DNA from: Lama guanicoe
Taxonomy: Eukaryota
Direction: 5' to 3'
Assembly: GCA_013239625.1 (NCBI GenBank)
Contig: MU053334.1
Span: 372,001 to 436,000, forward strand
Length of the DNA: 64,000 bases
Of this stretch, positions 1-12,000 are shown piece by piece. A program made the translations under genes and the position numbers. The number at the start of each line of letters is the position of its first letter. Position 1 is the first letter of the stretch. Under the pieces are notes generated by a model that saw nothing but the letters and a program-made list of their open reading frames with translations, searched no databases and was not told the DNA's origin.

Positions 1-31
1 GGTGTCCACTTGCATGGTGTCGGTGTTGAAG
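1..31 (-). CDS. MUC6: MUC6 exon 33, 5' part (truncated by the window edge)
   Basis: Acceptor CCTTTGCAG, then (S)FNTDTMQVDT, which continues the cystine knot. Confidence 0.85.
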
Positions 32-3000
32 CTGCAAAGGAGCCGCGGCGGAGAGTGTAGGTCAAGGCCTCTGCCTCGAGAGCGCTCCTGCCCTCCCCAG
101 CCGCCCAGAGAGCTAGGTCCCGGTGGTTGGTTAGGGGAGCTCCCGTTGCTGACTTCCCCAGTCTGCCAGTCAGCCCTGAGTCCCCGGTGCCTCCAGGCAG
201 GTTTGCAGGTGGGGACAGGCCAGGGCCACCTGACAGAGCAGCACGTGGCTTGTGGCTGGGAGCTCTGGGGCAGAGCTTCCCCGACTCCTACTCGGAGCCA
301 CCTCTGCTGGGCAGGGCAGATTCCAAGCCCAGGACCGGACAGACTTCCCGGGTCCCACAGCTCACCTAGCCGAGGAGGCGCAGACACCCTCACAGCGGGT
401 CACTGTCACGTTGGCTGTGCACCCCTGGTAAGTGATCTCCTCCTGAACCTCCCTCACGCTGCAGTTCCCTGGGAGCCAAGAGGCAGGTGGTCAGGGCAGC
501 CCCAGGGCCTGGCTGAGGGGCAGGTGTAGCCTCTGGGCCTCAGGTTTTCAGTCCCTTTTTGTGTGGGATGGTGGGTAGTCCGGACTCCGCTGAGGGGAGG
601 TGGCCAGCTGCCTGGCCACTTAGCTGACCTAGGTGGGATGGCGGGGGCACACACCAGCACTTTCCTGCCCGCAGTGGCCTTCTACCTGGACCCCTGCCCC
701 ACACTCAGGCCCCCGCCCCAGACCGTCTCCTCTGTCTGAGCCCCGCTGAGCTCAGGCCTCACAGCTGTGCTTGGGAGCAAAGCCTGGTAGTTCCTCATGG
801 TGTGTTTTCTTCCTGAAAGTTGGCTGCACTGGACTCCACCGGGGCCAAGTCAGGGCTGTTCACAGAGGGTGAGGCAGATGGCCAGCCCTGGCCCTGGTTT
901 AGCTTCCCTTGCCGCCTCCCCTCCCGGCCTGCTACCAACCTGTGGGCGTAGGTGTCTCTGGCCTGCTGGGCCCCGTACCTGCGGGAGGGATGAGGGGAGG
1001 ATGTCAGTGTCCCCAGAGGGGGCAGATGGTAGCACAAGAGCTTCCTGCCAGGGTCTGTACTCCCGGTGGGGGTGGGATGTGGCCCGGCTCTGAGCTCTGT
1101 CCTGCATCGATCCTGGTGGACAGACTGTAGCGATGAGCTGTCTCAGGGGCCCTGGCGGCTGGCCAAGCAGTGTGGCCGTTAGGAACTGCCACCGTGGACC
1201 TCGAGTGCAAAGCTGCGAGGAGTTCCTGTGCGGACTGAATTGTCTGTCCTGCTGTCCCATCGCCCCGACACAAGGCCCCCCATGGCCTGGAGCCCTGCTT
1301 ACCTGCTTTTCTGCTGAAGGCAGAGATGGGAGGCCTGGCAGGGGCGGGGCTCTGGGTGCTTCCCTGCAGGTAGTGTTGCCTCCAGCTCTCCTCTCCTGCT
1401 CTCCCCTCCTGCTCCCTCATCCCACTTCCTGGGTCCCTCCTCGTGGGCCGCCCGCACCCAGCCCTGGTCCCATGAGAGAATGTGTTTCTTTTCAACACTG
1501 TCCTACGGTGGTAGATCGTCCTACTGGGGGATGGGTGCCATGGAGGGGACACCCGGAAGACAGGGGAGGGGTGTCCCTCGAGAACCAAGTATGCCCAGCA
1601 GGCCTGGGGGCAGGAAGGCAGAGGGGAGGAGGAGGAGGCGGTAGCACGGAGGCTTGGGCAGGTGCTGGAGCGTGGAGCCCTGGCCACTGGTCCCAGTGGG
1701 ACCCCCGGCATCATCCGGAGTGAGGCATGCCCCTCCTTTCAGCAACCTGAGGGAGGGTTGCGGTGGCAGAAGCATAGGGTCCCTCTGAGCTCTGGGGAGG
1801 GTAGTCCTGGGAAGCTGCTGCTGAGCTCCCCTCAGAGGGAGGCCAGCGCCGCAGCGGGGGCTGTTGGGGAGCACACACGAGCCAGGTACGGGACAGACGT
1901 ACAGGCCCAGAGGCGGGAGGGGGGCCACCCGTGGAAAGCCAGGCACCCATTTTGGCCAGTCTGGAGAAACGCCCAGAGCAGAGGGGAGAAAGGAGCTAGA
2001 ACCTGGTCCAGAAAGCTGAGGGGGCCCCAGGGCTGTGGGGGCTGCACACAGGACGGCCGGGGGTGGGTGGAGGAGGTGTGGTTGTGCTGTTGCTGGGCCC
2101 TGTCTGTCCCACGCACCCCGGGACACAGCTGAGGCCCTGGACCTCAGCGACCAGAGTGACCCCAAGAGCACATTGGGACCACTTAGAAGCCAGGGTGGGC
2201 ACCCCCTGCTGCGAGTGACCCCAAGTTGGCTCAGTGCTCTGCGCTGCATGGCCATCCCCAGGCAGGGGAAGTGAAGGCTTTAGGGGGAGGAAGGGTCCGT
2301 GCCTGCTGGAGAGGCTGGGCCAGCCTCTGTCGGCAGCTGGTGGAGTGCGATGGGGGACAGCAGGTGGAGCAGAGGCTATAGCCATTTCTCACCAGAAAGC
2401 TTGAGGGGACAGGAAGAGGCAGGAACTGCACTGGAGTGACCTAACTGTCAGCCAGAGCGGAGAGAAAGGCTGAGAGGAAGCACACACTCGGGGTCACGAG
2501 GTGGCGGCAGACACACGACTTACCAAGGGAGCTGGGTAGGGACGTGATGAGAGAGGAGGCAGGGTGGCTCTCAGTGGGAAAGGATGTGGCAGTGGGGAAG
2601 GAGGAGCTTCCAGGCCCAGTGATGGAGCTGGTCAGGAATAGGGTGGTCAGCAGCCCAGTAGTGCTGGGTGGTCTGGTGGTGAGGTGGGTGGCTGGGGAAC
2701 TTGGTACAGCTGTCACCCCCAGCGTGGAAGACACGAGGCCATGTGTAGGGGCATCAGTGGTAAGAGAGGTGAATTGTGATGTAGTGGACTGAGAGGACGC
2801 AGTCGGGGAGGCAGGGGTGCTGGCCGTGGTCTGAGTTGTGGACAGAAAGACTATGGTGGTGGAATTGGGGACAAGGGACAGGGTGGGTGAGGCTGAGGGA
2901 AGGGTCGTGCTGCGCAGGGGAGAAGTGGGAGTGAAGGGAGAGGACGGGACACGAGTGGAGGGGTTAGGGGAAACGGAGACACTGGACTGAGAGGCTGTGC

Positions 3001-6000
3001 TTGATGTGCTCTGGGGTCCAGGGGAAGAGGCACTGTGGGGACTGGAAGTACTGGTGGGGAAGCCTGCGGAAGATGGAGGCGAAGATGATATGTAGGAAGG
3101 AGAGGTGTGTGACGAAACGTGAGGACTGAAAGAGGAAGGAGTGTACGGGAAGAGGTGAGGGGAGGTGTTGGATGAGGAAGATGAGGAACGTGGAGGATTA
3201 AACACAGTTGCAGCTTTAGACCAAGAGGTAGGGCTTGACTTTGGGGAAGTTGGAGAAGACAAGGCAGGGTTGAAGCTAGAGCTGAAGGGAGAGGAAGAAT
3301 AATGACTTAGTGGTGTGGTGGAATTAACTCGGTGAGTACTTGGTGTCCCCGGGGAGGTGGCAGAGGTTGACACATGGATGGGATGGGTCAGTGGCAGTGA
3401 CGGAGTCGGGAAGATGGTGGTGGTCCGGAAGGATGTTTCGGTGGGTGGAGGTGTGGTGTGGGAGGAGGTGGGCACAGGGACCGTGGGGGTGGAGTGTGTG
3501 GTGAGCGAGGTGTGTGAGCTGGTGGGCGTGGGTGAGGCCGTGGTGGTGACGCTGTGCATCACGGTGGTCGCAGTGCCTCTGCTGGTGGTGGAGGGGGCGA
3601 TGGTGGTGTGTGGTGTGGGTGTGTTTGGAGGATGGAGAGTGGAAGGCGAGTGTGATACAGGGGAAGTGGAGGTTTTGGCTGTGCTGAGTGAGCTGGGGCC
3701 GTGGGTGGTCCCAGTCGTGATGGTGGTGAGTGGCGGGGCCGTGTGTGTGGGTGCTGTGCCCGAGGTCTGGAGGCGTGTAGATGTCAGTGTGGTGCCTGTT
3801 GGCGGTGTGGTGGAGGACGAATAGTAGGTGTATGTGGTTCTGGGAGCTTGGTGAGAGGTTGGAGTCCCCGGGGAGGTGGCAGAGGTTGACACATGGATGG
3901 GATGGGTCAGTGGCAGTGACGGAGTCGGGAAGATGGTGGTGGTCCGGAAGGATGTTTCGGTGGGTGGAGGTGTGGTGTGGGAGGAGGTGGGCACAGGGAC
4001 CGTGGGGGTGGAGTGTGTGGTGAGCGAGGTGTGTGAGCTGGTGGGCGTGGGTGAGGCCGTGGTGGTGACGCTGTGCATCACGGTGGTCGCAGTGCCTCTG
4101 CTGGTGGTGGAGGGGGCGATGGTGGTGTGTGGTGTGGGTGTGTTTGGAGGATGGAGAGTGGAAGGCGAGTGTGATACAGGGGAAGTGGAGGTTTTGGCTG
4201 TGCTGAGTGAGCTGGGGCCGTGGGTGGTCCCAGTCGTGATGGTGGTGAGTGGCGGGGCCGTGTGTGTGGGTGCTGTGCCCGAGGTCTGGAGGCGTGTAGA
4301 TGTCAGTGTGGTGCCTGTTGGCGGTGTGGTGGAGGACGAATAGTAGGTGTATGTGGTTCTGGGAGCTTGGTGAGAGGTTGGAGTCCCCGGGGAGGTGGCA
4401 GAGGTTGACACATGGATGGGATGGGTCAGTGGCAGTGACGGAGTCGGGAAGATGGTGGTGGTCCGGAAGGATGTTTCGGTGGGTGGAGGTGTGGTGTGGG
4501 AGGAGGTGGGCACAGGGACCGTGGGGGTGGAGTGTGTGGTGAGCGAGGTGTGTGAGCTGGTGGGCGTGGGTGAGGCCGTGGTGGTGACGCTGTGCATCAC
4601 GGTGGTCGCAGTGCCTCTGCTGGTGGTGGAGGGGGCGATGGTGGTGTGTGGTGTGGGTGTGTTTGGAGGATGGAGAGTGGAAGGCGAGTGTGATACAGGG
4701 GAAGTGGAGGTTTTGGCTGTGCTGAGTGAGCTGGGGCCGTGGGTGGTCCCAGTCGTGATGGTGGTGAGTGGCGGGGCCGTGTGTGTGGGTGCTGTGCCCG
4801 AGGTCTGGAGGCGTGTAGATGTCAGTGTGGTGCCTGTTGGCGGTGTGGTGGAGGACGAATAGTAGGTGTATGTGGTTCTGGGAGCTTGGTGAGAGGTTGG
4901 AGTCCCCGGGGAGGTGGCAGAGGTTGACACATGGATGGGATGGGTCAGTGGCAGTGACGGAGTCGGGAAGATGGTGGTGGTCCGGAAGGATGTTTCGGTG
5001 GGTGGAGGTGTGGTGTGGGAGGAGGTGGGCACAGGGACCGTGGGGGTGGAGTGTGTGGTGAGCGAGGTGTGTGAGCTGGTGGGCGTGGGTGAGGCCGTGG
5101 TGGTGACGCTGTGCATCACGGTGGTCGCAGTGCCTCTGCTGGTGGTGGAGGGGGCGATGGTGGTGTGTGGTGTGGGTGTGTTTGGAGGATGGAGAGTGGA
5201 AGGCGAGTGTGATACAGGGGAAGTGGAGGTTTTGGCTGTGCTGAGTGAGCTGGGGCCGTGGGTGGTCCCAGTCGTGATGGTGGTGAGTGGCGGGGCCGTG
5301 TGTGTGGGTGCTGTGCCCGAGGTCTGGAGGCGTGTAGATGTCAGTGTGGTGCCTGTTGGCGGTGTGGTGGAGGACGAATAGTAGGTGTATGTGGTTCTGG
5401 GAGCTTGGTGAGAGGTTGGAGTCCCCGGGGAGGTGGCAGAGGTTGACACATGGATGGGATGGGTCAGTGGCAGTGACGGAGTCGGGAAGATGGTGGTGGT
5501 CCGGAAGGATGTTTCGGTGGGTGGAGGTGTGGTGTGGGAGGAGGTGGGCACAGGGACCGTGGGGGTGGAGTGTGTGGTGAGCGAGGTGTGTGAGCTGGTG
5601 GGCGTGGGTGAGGCCGTGGTGGTGACGCTGTGCATCACGGTGGTCGCAGTGCCTCTGCTGGTGGTGGAGGGGGCGATGGTGGTGTGTGGTGTGGGTGTGT
5701 TTGGAGGATGGAGAGTGGAAGGCGAGTGTGATACAGGGGAAGTGGAGGTTTTGGCTGTGCTGAGTGAGCTGGGGCCGTGGGTGGTCCCAGTCGTGATGGT
5801 GGTGAGTGGCGGGGCCGTGTGTGTGGGTGCTGTGCCCGAGGTCTGGAGGCGTGTAGATGTCAGTGTGGTGCCTGTTGGCGGTGTGGTGGAGGACGAATAG
5901 TAGGTGTATGTGGTTCTGGGAGCTTGGTGAGAGGTTGGAGTCCCCGGGGAGGTGGCAGAGGTTGACACATGGATGGGATGGGTCAGTGGCAGTGACGGAG

Positions 6001-9000
6001 TCGGGAAGATGGTGGTGGTCCGGAAGGATGTTTCGGTGGGTGGAGGTGTGGTGTGGGAGGAGGTGGGCACAGGGACCGTGGGGGTGGAGTGTGTGGTGAG
6101 CGAGGTGTGTGAGCTGGTGGGCGTGGGTGAGGCCGTGGTGGTGACGCTGTGCATCACGGTGGTCGCAGTGCCTCTGCTGGTGGTGGAGGGGGCGATGGTG
6201 GTGTGTGGTGTGGGTGTGTTTGGAGGATGGAGAGTGGAAGGCGAGTGTGATACAGGGGAAGTGGAGGTTTTGGCTGTGCTGAGTGAGCTGGGGCCGTGGG
6301 TGGTCCCAGTCGTGATGGTGGTGAGTGGCGGGGCCGTGTGTGTGGGTGCTGTGCCCGAGGTCTGGAGGCGTGTAGATGTCAGTGTGGTGCCTGTTGGCGG
6401 TGTGGTGGAGGACGAATAGTAGGTGTATGTGGTTCTGGGAGCTTGGTGAGAGGTTGGAGTCCCCGGGGAGGTGGCAGAGGTTGACACATGGATGGGATGG
6501 GTCAGTGGCAGTGACGGAGTCGGGAAGATGGTGGTGGTCCGGAAGGATGTTTCGGTGGGTGGAGGTGTGGTGTGGGAGGAGGTGGGCACAGGGACCGTGG
6601 GGGTGGAGTGTGTGGTGAGCGAGGTGTGTGAGCTGGTGGGCGTGGGTGAGGCCGTGGTGGTGACGCTGTGCATCACGGTGGTCGCAGTGCCTCTGCTGGT
6701 GGTGGAGGGGGCGATGGTGGTGTGTGGTGTGGGTGTGTTTGGAGGATGGAGAGTGGAAGGCGAGTGTGATACAGGGGAAGTGGAGGTTTTGGCTGTGCTG
6801 AGTGAGCTGGGGCCGTGGGTGGTCCCAGTCGTGATGGTGGTGAGTGGCGGGGCCGTGTGTGTGGGTGCTGTGCCCGAGGTCTGGAGGCGTGTAGATGTCA
6901 GTGTGGTGCCTGTTGGCGGTGTGGTGGAGGACGAATAGTAGGTGTATGTGGTTCTGGGAGCTTGGTGAGAGGTTGGAGTCCCCGGGGAGGTGGCAGAGGT
7001 TGACACATGGATGGGATGGGTCAGTGGCAGTGACGGAGTCGGGAAGATGGTGGTGGTCCGGAAGGATGTTTCGGTGGGTGGAGGTGTGGTGTGGGAGGAG
7101 GTGGGCACAGGGACCGTGGGGGTGGAGTGTGTGGTGAGCGAGGTGTGTGAGCTGGTGGGCGTGGGTGAGGCCGTGGTGGTGACGCTGTGCATCACGGTGG
7201 TCGCAGTGCCTCTGCTGGTGGTGGAGGGGGCGATGGTGGTGTGTGGTGTGGGTGTGTTTGGAGGATGGAGAGTGGAAGGCGAGTGTGATACAGGGGAAGT
7301 GGAGGTTTTGGCTGTGCTGAGTGAGCTGGGGCCGTGGGTGGTCCCAGTCGTGATGGTGGTGAGTGGCGGGGCCGTGTGTGTGGGTGCTGTGCCCGAGGTC
7401 TGGAGGCGTGTAGATGTCAGTGTGGTGCCTGTTGGCGGTGTGGTGGAGGACGAATAGTAGGTGTATGTGGTTCTGGGAGCTTGGTGAGAGGTTGGAGTCC
7501 CCGGGGAGGTGGCAGAGGTTGACACATGGATGGGATGGGTCAGTGGCAGTGACGGAGTCGGGAAGATGGTGGTGGTCCGGAAGGATGTTTCGGTGGGTGG
7601 AGGTGTGGTGTGGGAGGAGGTGGGCACAGGGACCGTGGGGGTGGAGTGTGTGGTGAGCGAGGTGTGTGAGCTGGTGGGCGTGGGTGAGGCCGTGGTGGTG
7701 ACGCTGTGCATCACGGTGGTCGCAGTGCCTCTGCTGGTGGTGGAGGGGGCGATGGTGGTGTGTGGTGTGGGTGTGTTTGGAGGATGGAGAGTGGAAGGCG
7801 AGTGTGATACAGGGGAAGTGGAGGTTTTGGCTGTGCTGAGTGAGCTGGGGCCGTGGGTGGTCCCAGTCGTGATGGTGGTGAGTGGCGGGGCCGTGTGTGT
7901 GGGTGCTGTGCCCGAGGTCTGGAGGCGTGTAGATGTCAGTGTGGTGCCTGTTGGCGGTGTGGTGGAGGACGAATAGTAGGTGTATGTGGTTCTGGGAGCT
8001 TGGTGAGAGGTTGGAGTCCCCGGGGAGGTGGCAGAGGTTGACACATGGATGGGATGGGTCAGTGGCAGTGACGGAGTCGGGAAGATGGTGGTGGTCCGGA
8101 AGGATGTTTCGGTGGGTGGAGGTGTGGTGTGGGAGGAGGTGGGCACAGGGACCGTGGGGGTGGAGTGTGTGGTGAGCGAGGTGTGTGAGCTGGTGGGCGT
8201 GGGTGAGGCCGTGGTGGTGACGCTGTGCATCACGGTGGTCGCAGTGCCTCTGCTGGTGGTGGAGGGGGCGATGGTGGTGTGTGGTGTGGGTGTGTTTGGA
8301 GGATGGAGAGTGGAAGGCGAGTGTGATACAGGGGAAGTGGAGGTTTTGGCTGTGCTGAGTGAGCTGGGGCCGTGGGTGGTCCCAGTCGTGATGGTGGTGA
8401 GTGGCGGGGCCGTGTGTGTGGGTGCTGTGCCCGAGGTCTGGAGGCGTGTAGATGTCAGTGTGGTGCCTGTTGGCGGTGTGGTGGAGGACGAATAGTAGGT
8501 GTATGTGGTTCTGGGAGCTTGGTGAGAGGTTGGAGTCCCCGGGGAGGTGGCAGAGGTTGACACATGGATGGGATGGGTCAGTGGCAGTGACGGAGTCGGG
8601 AAGATGGTGGTGGTCCGGAAGGATGTTTCGGTGAGTGGAGGTGTGATGTGGGAGGAGGTGGGCACAGGGACCGTGGGGTTCAAGTGGGTGGTGTGCGACG
8701 TGTGTCGTCCAGTGGGTGTGACATTGTGTGTGGGCGTGGCCGTGTGTGTTGGCGCCTGCGATGGGGGCTGCCTGTTGGAGCTCGTAAGTGTGTCCGCCCT
8801 GGGTGTCGTCGATGTGGTTATCAGGTTGGTGTGCGGTTGGGTTTGTCCTGTCGTGCTGTCTTCTGGTTTCGGGCGTTCCGTGTGTCGTGTGTCCCAGGTG
8901 TTGGCTGTTTCGCTGGTCCATCCGTGGGTCGAGGACCCTGTAGAAACAGTGTTCGTGAGATCCCTGTCTCGCTGCGGTGCGCTCTGCCCTGTGGGCCATC

Positions 9001-12000
9001 CTCACCTTTGTTGTCTCCTTCTCACTTTTCGCTTTTGGCTGTACTTGGAGGGTCTCGGACTTTCCTGGATGACTCGCATTTCCCGTGGCCCCCCCAGTCA
9101 TTCTGTCTCATTCCTTGTTGCATGTCACATGGTAGTGGTGATTTTCGGGGCCCCTTCCTGCAGTCCTGGGTGGCTGTTGTCCCCTCAGCCTGATTCTCAG
9201 GGCATCCTTCCCTAATGTTACCCCGGCCACTGACCTGGGGACACGGCTTCCGTTCTTGCCTTGGGTCTGGGGGACCAGAGTTTTGTGGCCCAGGCTGAGC
9301 GCTGGGGCCTGCACTTGGGTAACGTGTTGTTGGCAGCCCTCGCCCCGCCTCCGGGGCCCGTGGGCCGCCTGGGCTGTAGTGGTGCTGGAGGTGTGTGCGA
9401 GGGGCATGCTTGTGGAGAAGAGCTGTCCCCCTCTGTTGGGCCGAGCCCAGCCTGTGTGTTTGCCATGCATCCCCAGACAGCTTAGGCTGGGTGTTGGGGC
9501 TGCTCTGCCACGACCCCTGCAGGGACCCAGAGTGGGCACGTGCTTACTCGAGGGCGGCCCTGTGGAGGTCCCTGACGTCGCTGGGGCTGGCAGTGCTGTT
9601 GTGCGCACTGTGGACTGTGCTGTGGACTGTGTGGCTGCACTGATGGAGGAGGCTGTGGGCTGCGTTGTGGCCTGGGTCACTGTGGGTCCTGTGGCTGTTG
9701 TCCTTGCACTTGCTGTTGGTGCTGGCGCCGATGTGGCCCGTGTGGTGATAGCAGAGGTGGTTCTGGGTGACACTGCAGGGAACAGTATCCGGAACATCCC
9801 CTGTGACCCCGTCCTTGCTCTTGCAGGGCCCCTCTCCCACAGTGCAGCTCTACCTTGGGGCCTTACCTCCCTCAGAGAGTGTTGGCTCTTTCCGGGTGGT
9901 GGGGGCTGTCCCTGTGTGTATGGAGGAGAGGGCTGTGGCTCTGGCTGTGGCCACTGGTGTGGATGGGAGGCTGGAGGTCTGGATGGGGGCCTCAGGTGTG
10001 TCTGGGGAGCTTGACGAGGGTCTAGTGGAGTTGAGACCGATGGTGCTGGGCATGGTCGTGGTGGGCCTGGTGGCCGTGGCAGGAAGGCCTGAGTCGGGTA
10101 GTTGTGCTGTTAGTGTGGGGTGAGGGGCTGGCCCAGCACAGCCTTTGGGAGGAACCCCTCTCTAGCCTGTTGGGCCCCCAGGCCACATGGGCTGGGCAGG
10201 AGGCAGTGAGCTAGTGGCCCTGAGAGGGCAGCTTGAGTCCCAGCAGGGTAGGCTGGCGTCTCTGTGCACTGCCGTGCTCAGTGGCTCTGCAGCAGGGCCA
10301 CCGTGGGTCCTGCCGTGCCCCCCGTGTCTGGCTTTCTGGTCAGCAGTGGCCGTTCCCGCAGGCACTGCAGCCCCAGGGACAGCCCAGGTACGCTCCTTGC
10401 CCTGCCCCACACCCGCTGGCCCGGCTGCTGCTCCCACTGGGCTGACGGCCACAGGCTGGGCTGGCTGGGGGCTGTCCAGCAGAACAGGGAAGAGCCCTGG
10501 GGGGAGAGCCTGCTTCACCTTGGCACCTAGTATGTATGCAATCACCTGTTGTGGGCAGCGGCGTGGTAGGCGGCGGCACTGCAAGAGGAGGGGTGGTCAG
10601 GAGCGGTGCCCTTCCCCCTGCCCTGCTCCCTGCCCCCACCTGCCTGGGCCCTTCAGGGCCTTCAGGTGTGTCCCCAGAAGCGGAGAACCAGAGAGATGGA
10701 GCTACTGCAGAAGTGCCTGGACCCCTAATCCCTGCTCCCCTCCTCCCCATTGCCCTACCTCTGCATTGATGGGCCTGCCGGGGAGTGGAGGGGCCAGCCA
10801 GGGCTGTAGCCTGAAGGTAGCTGCAGGTGGTGTCCATCGCCCACCAGGCCACCTGTTGCTGAATTCCAAGGAGACCCCTGCTCTGCACGCATACACCCCA
10901 GCAGGCTGGCAGGGCCCGGGTCTGCCCTGAAGCTGGAGACTGGGGGAGTGGATGTTTGGGAAGAGGGGAAGGGGAGGGGGCTCAGTCCTTTCCCCTGTCT
11001 CTGGCAGTCCTAGTCTCTGGGAGTCTCAGCACCCAGGGCAGAGCCCTGGGGAGTGGAGGTGCTGGCGGGCTGGGAGCTCTGTGCCAGAGCTGGGCGGCCC
11101 TGGGGGGCTGTCAGGCAGTCCCGAGCTTACTGCACGGCACACATGTTCCTTCATCTTGGTCGAAGTACTCGTCCTGAGAGCAGTTGTAGCAGCCTGGGGG
11201 TGGGGGTGCAGAGCGCGGCGGGACCTCAGTGCCTGCAGCCGGAAGCCCCATTCCCCAGGCCCGGTCCCTCCCCTCTCCGTCCTTCCGCTGCAGCTCCCGC
11301 CCGCTGGGGTCCTGATGACTCCAGGCTGTTGCCCCTTCCTATCTCCTCTGTACCAGTACCTTCGATGTTGGTGCCCGGGAAGCCCTGCGGCCACGTGGGG
11401 CAGAGGCATGGCTGGTAGTGCCACGTACAGTTAGCCTCGTGGACGTACTGGTACTCGCCGCCCACCTGCACGTGGGTGTTGTAGAAGTCGCAGTAGACAG
11501 CTGGGAGGAAGGGCACCGTCAGCTGGCAGGGCCAGCCAGGGAGCCCGCACGTGGGCCCGGAAGGCTCAGGGTCCCCCTGGGGAGTCTCTCTGGGGGGCAC
11601 AGCCCGCCGCCCGCCTGGCCCCTGGGCGGCCTGTGGGCAGGAGTGGGACACTCACGGCAGAAGTCTGGGGACCTCCAGTCCACGCACACGCCCTTGTCCA
11701 CGCAGGCCTTGGCGTAGGCGGCCACAGCGTCGCACAGGCACTCGCAGTCTCCGCCGGTGTCACACCCACACGTGTCACGCACGCAGGCCTCGTAGTAGGG
11801 CAGGCGGTACACCTGGGGGAGCCGGCCCTCAGAGTCGGCCGCCCACACGCGGGGCGCTCGTGGCCCGGGTGGGGTCTGTGCTTGGTCCTTAGGACCGCTC
11901 TCCTGACCGCTGGGTCTGGAGCCACGCTGCCGCGAGGCGAGGCCCACACCAGGCCGGGTGTGCAGGGCTCACCTGGCTGTGGCAGGCGGCGAAGGTCTGG

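Noticed and set aside
469-2523. ORFs of 150-244 aa in MUC6 intron 31
   Set aside because: Low-complexity Pro/Gly/Arg/Ala translations, as expected from GC-rich DNA; no recognisable domain.
3345-8678. Regular array as a possible CRISPR
   Set aside because: Contiguous 519-bp coding units with no spacers, in mammalian DNA.
3357-9215. Repeating plus-strand ORFs of 155, 62 and 80 aa (Val/Gly/Trp-rich)
   Set aside because: Antisense shadows of the Thr/Pro/His codons in the VNTR; they are interrupted by stops in every unit and have no promoter or splice support.
10089-10142. Upstream in-frame AAG acceptor for MUC6 exon 29
   Set aside because: The acceptor at 10088 has a CTAAC branch motif and gives better length agreement with the recalled human exon.
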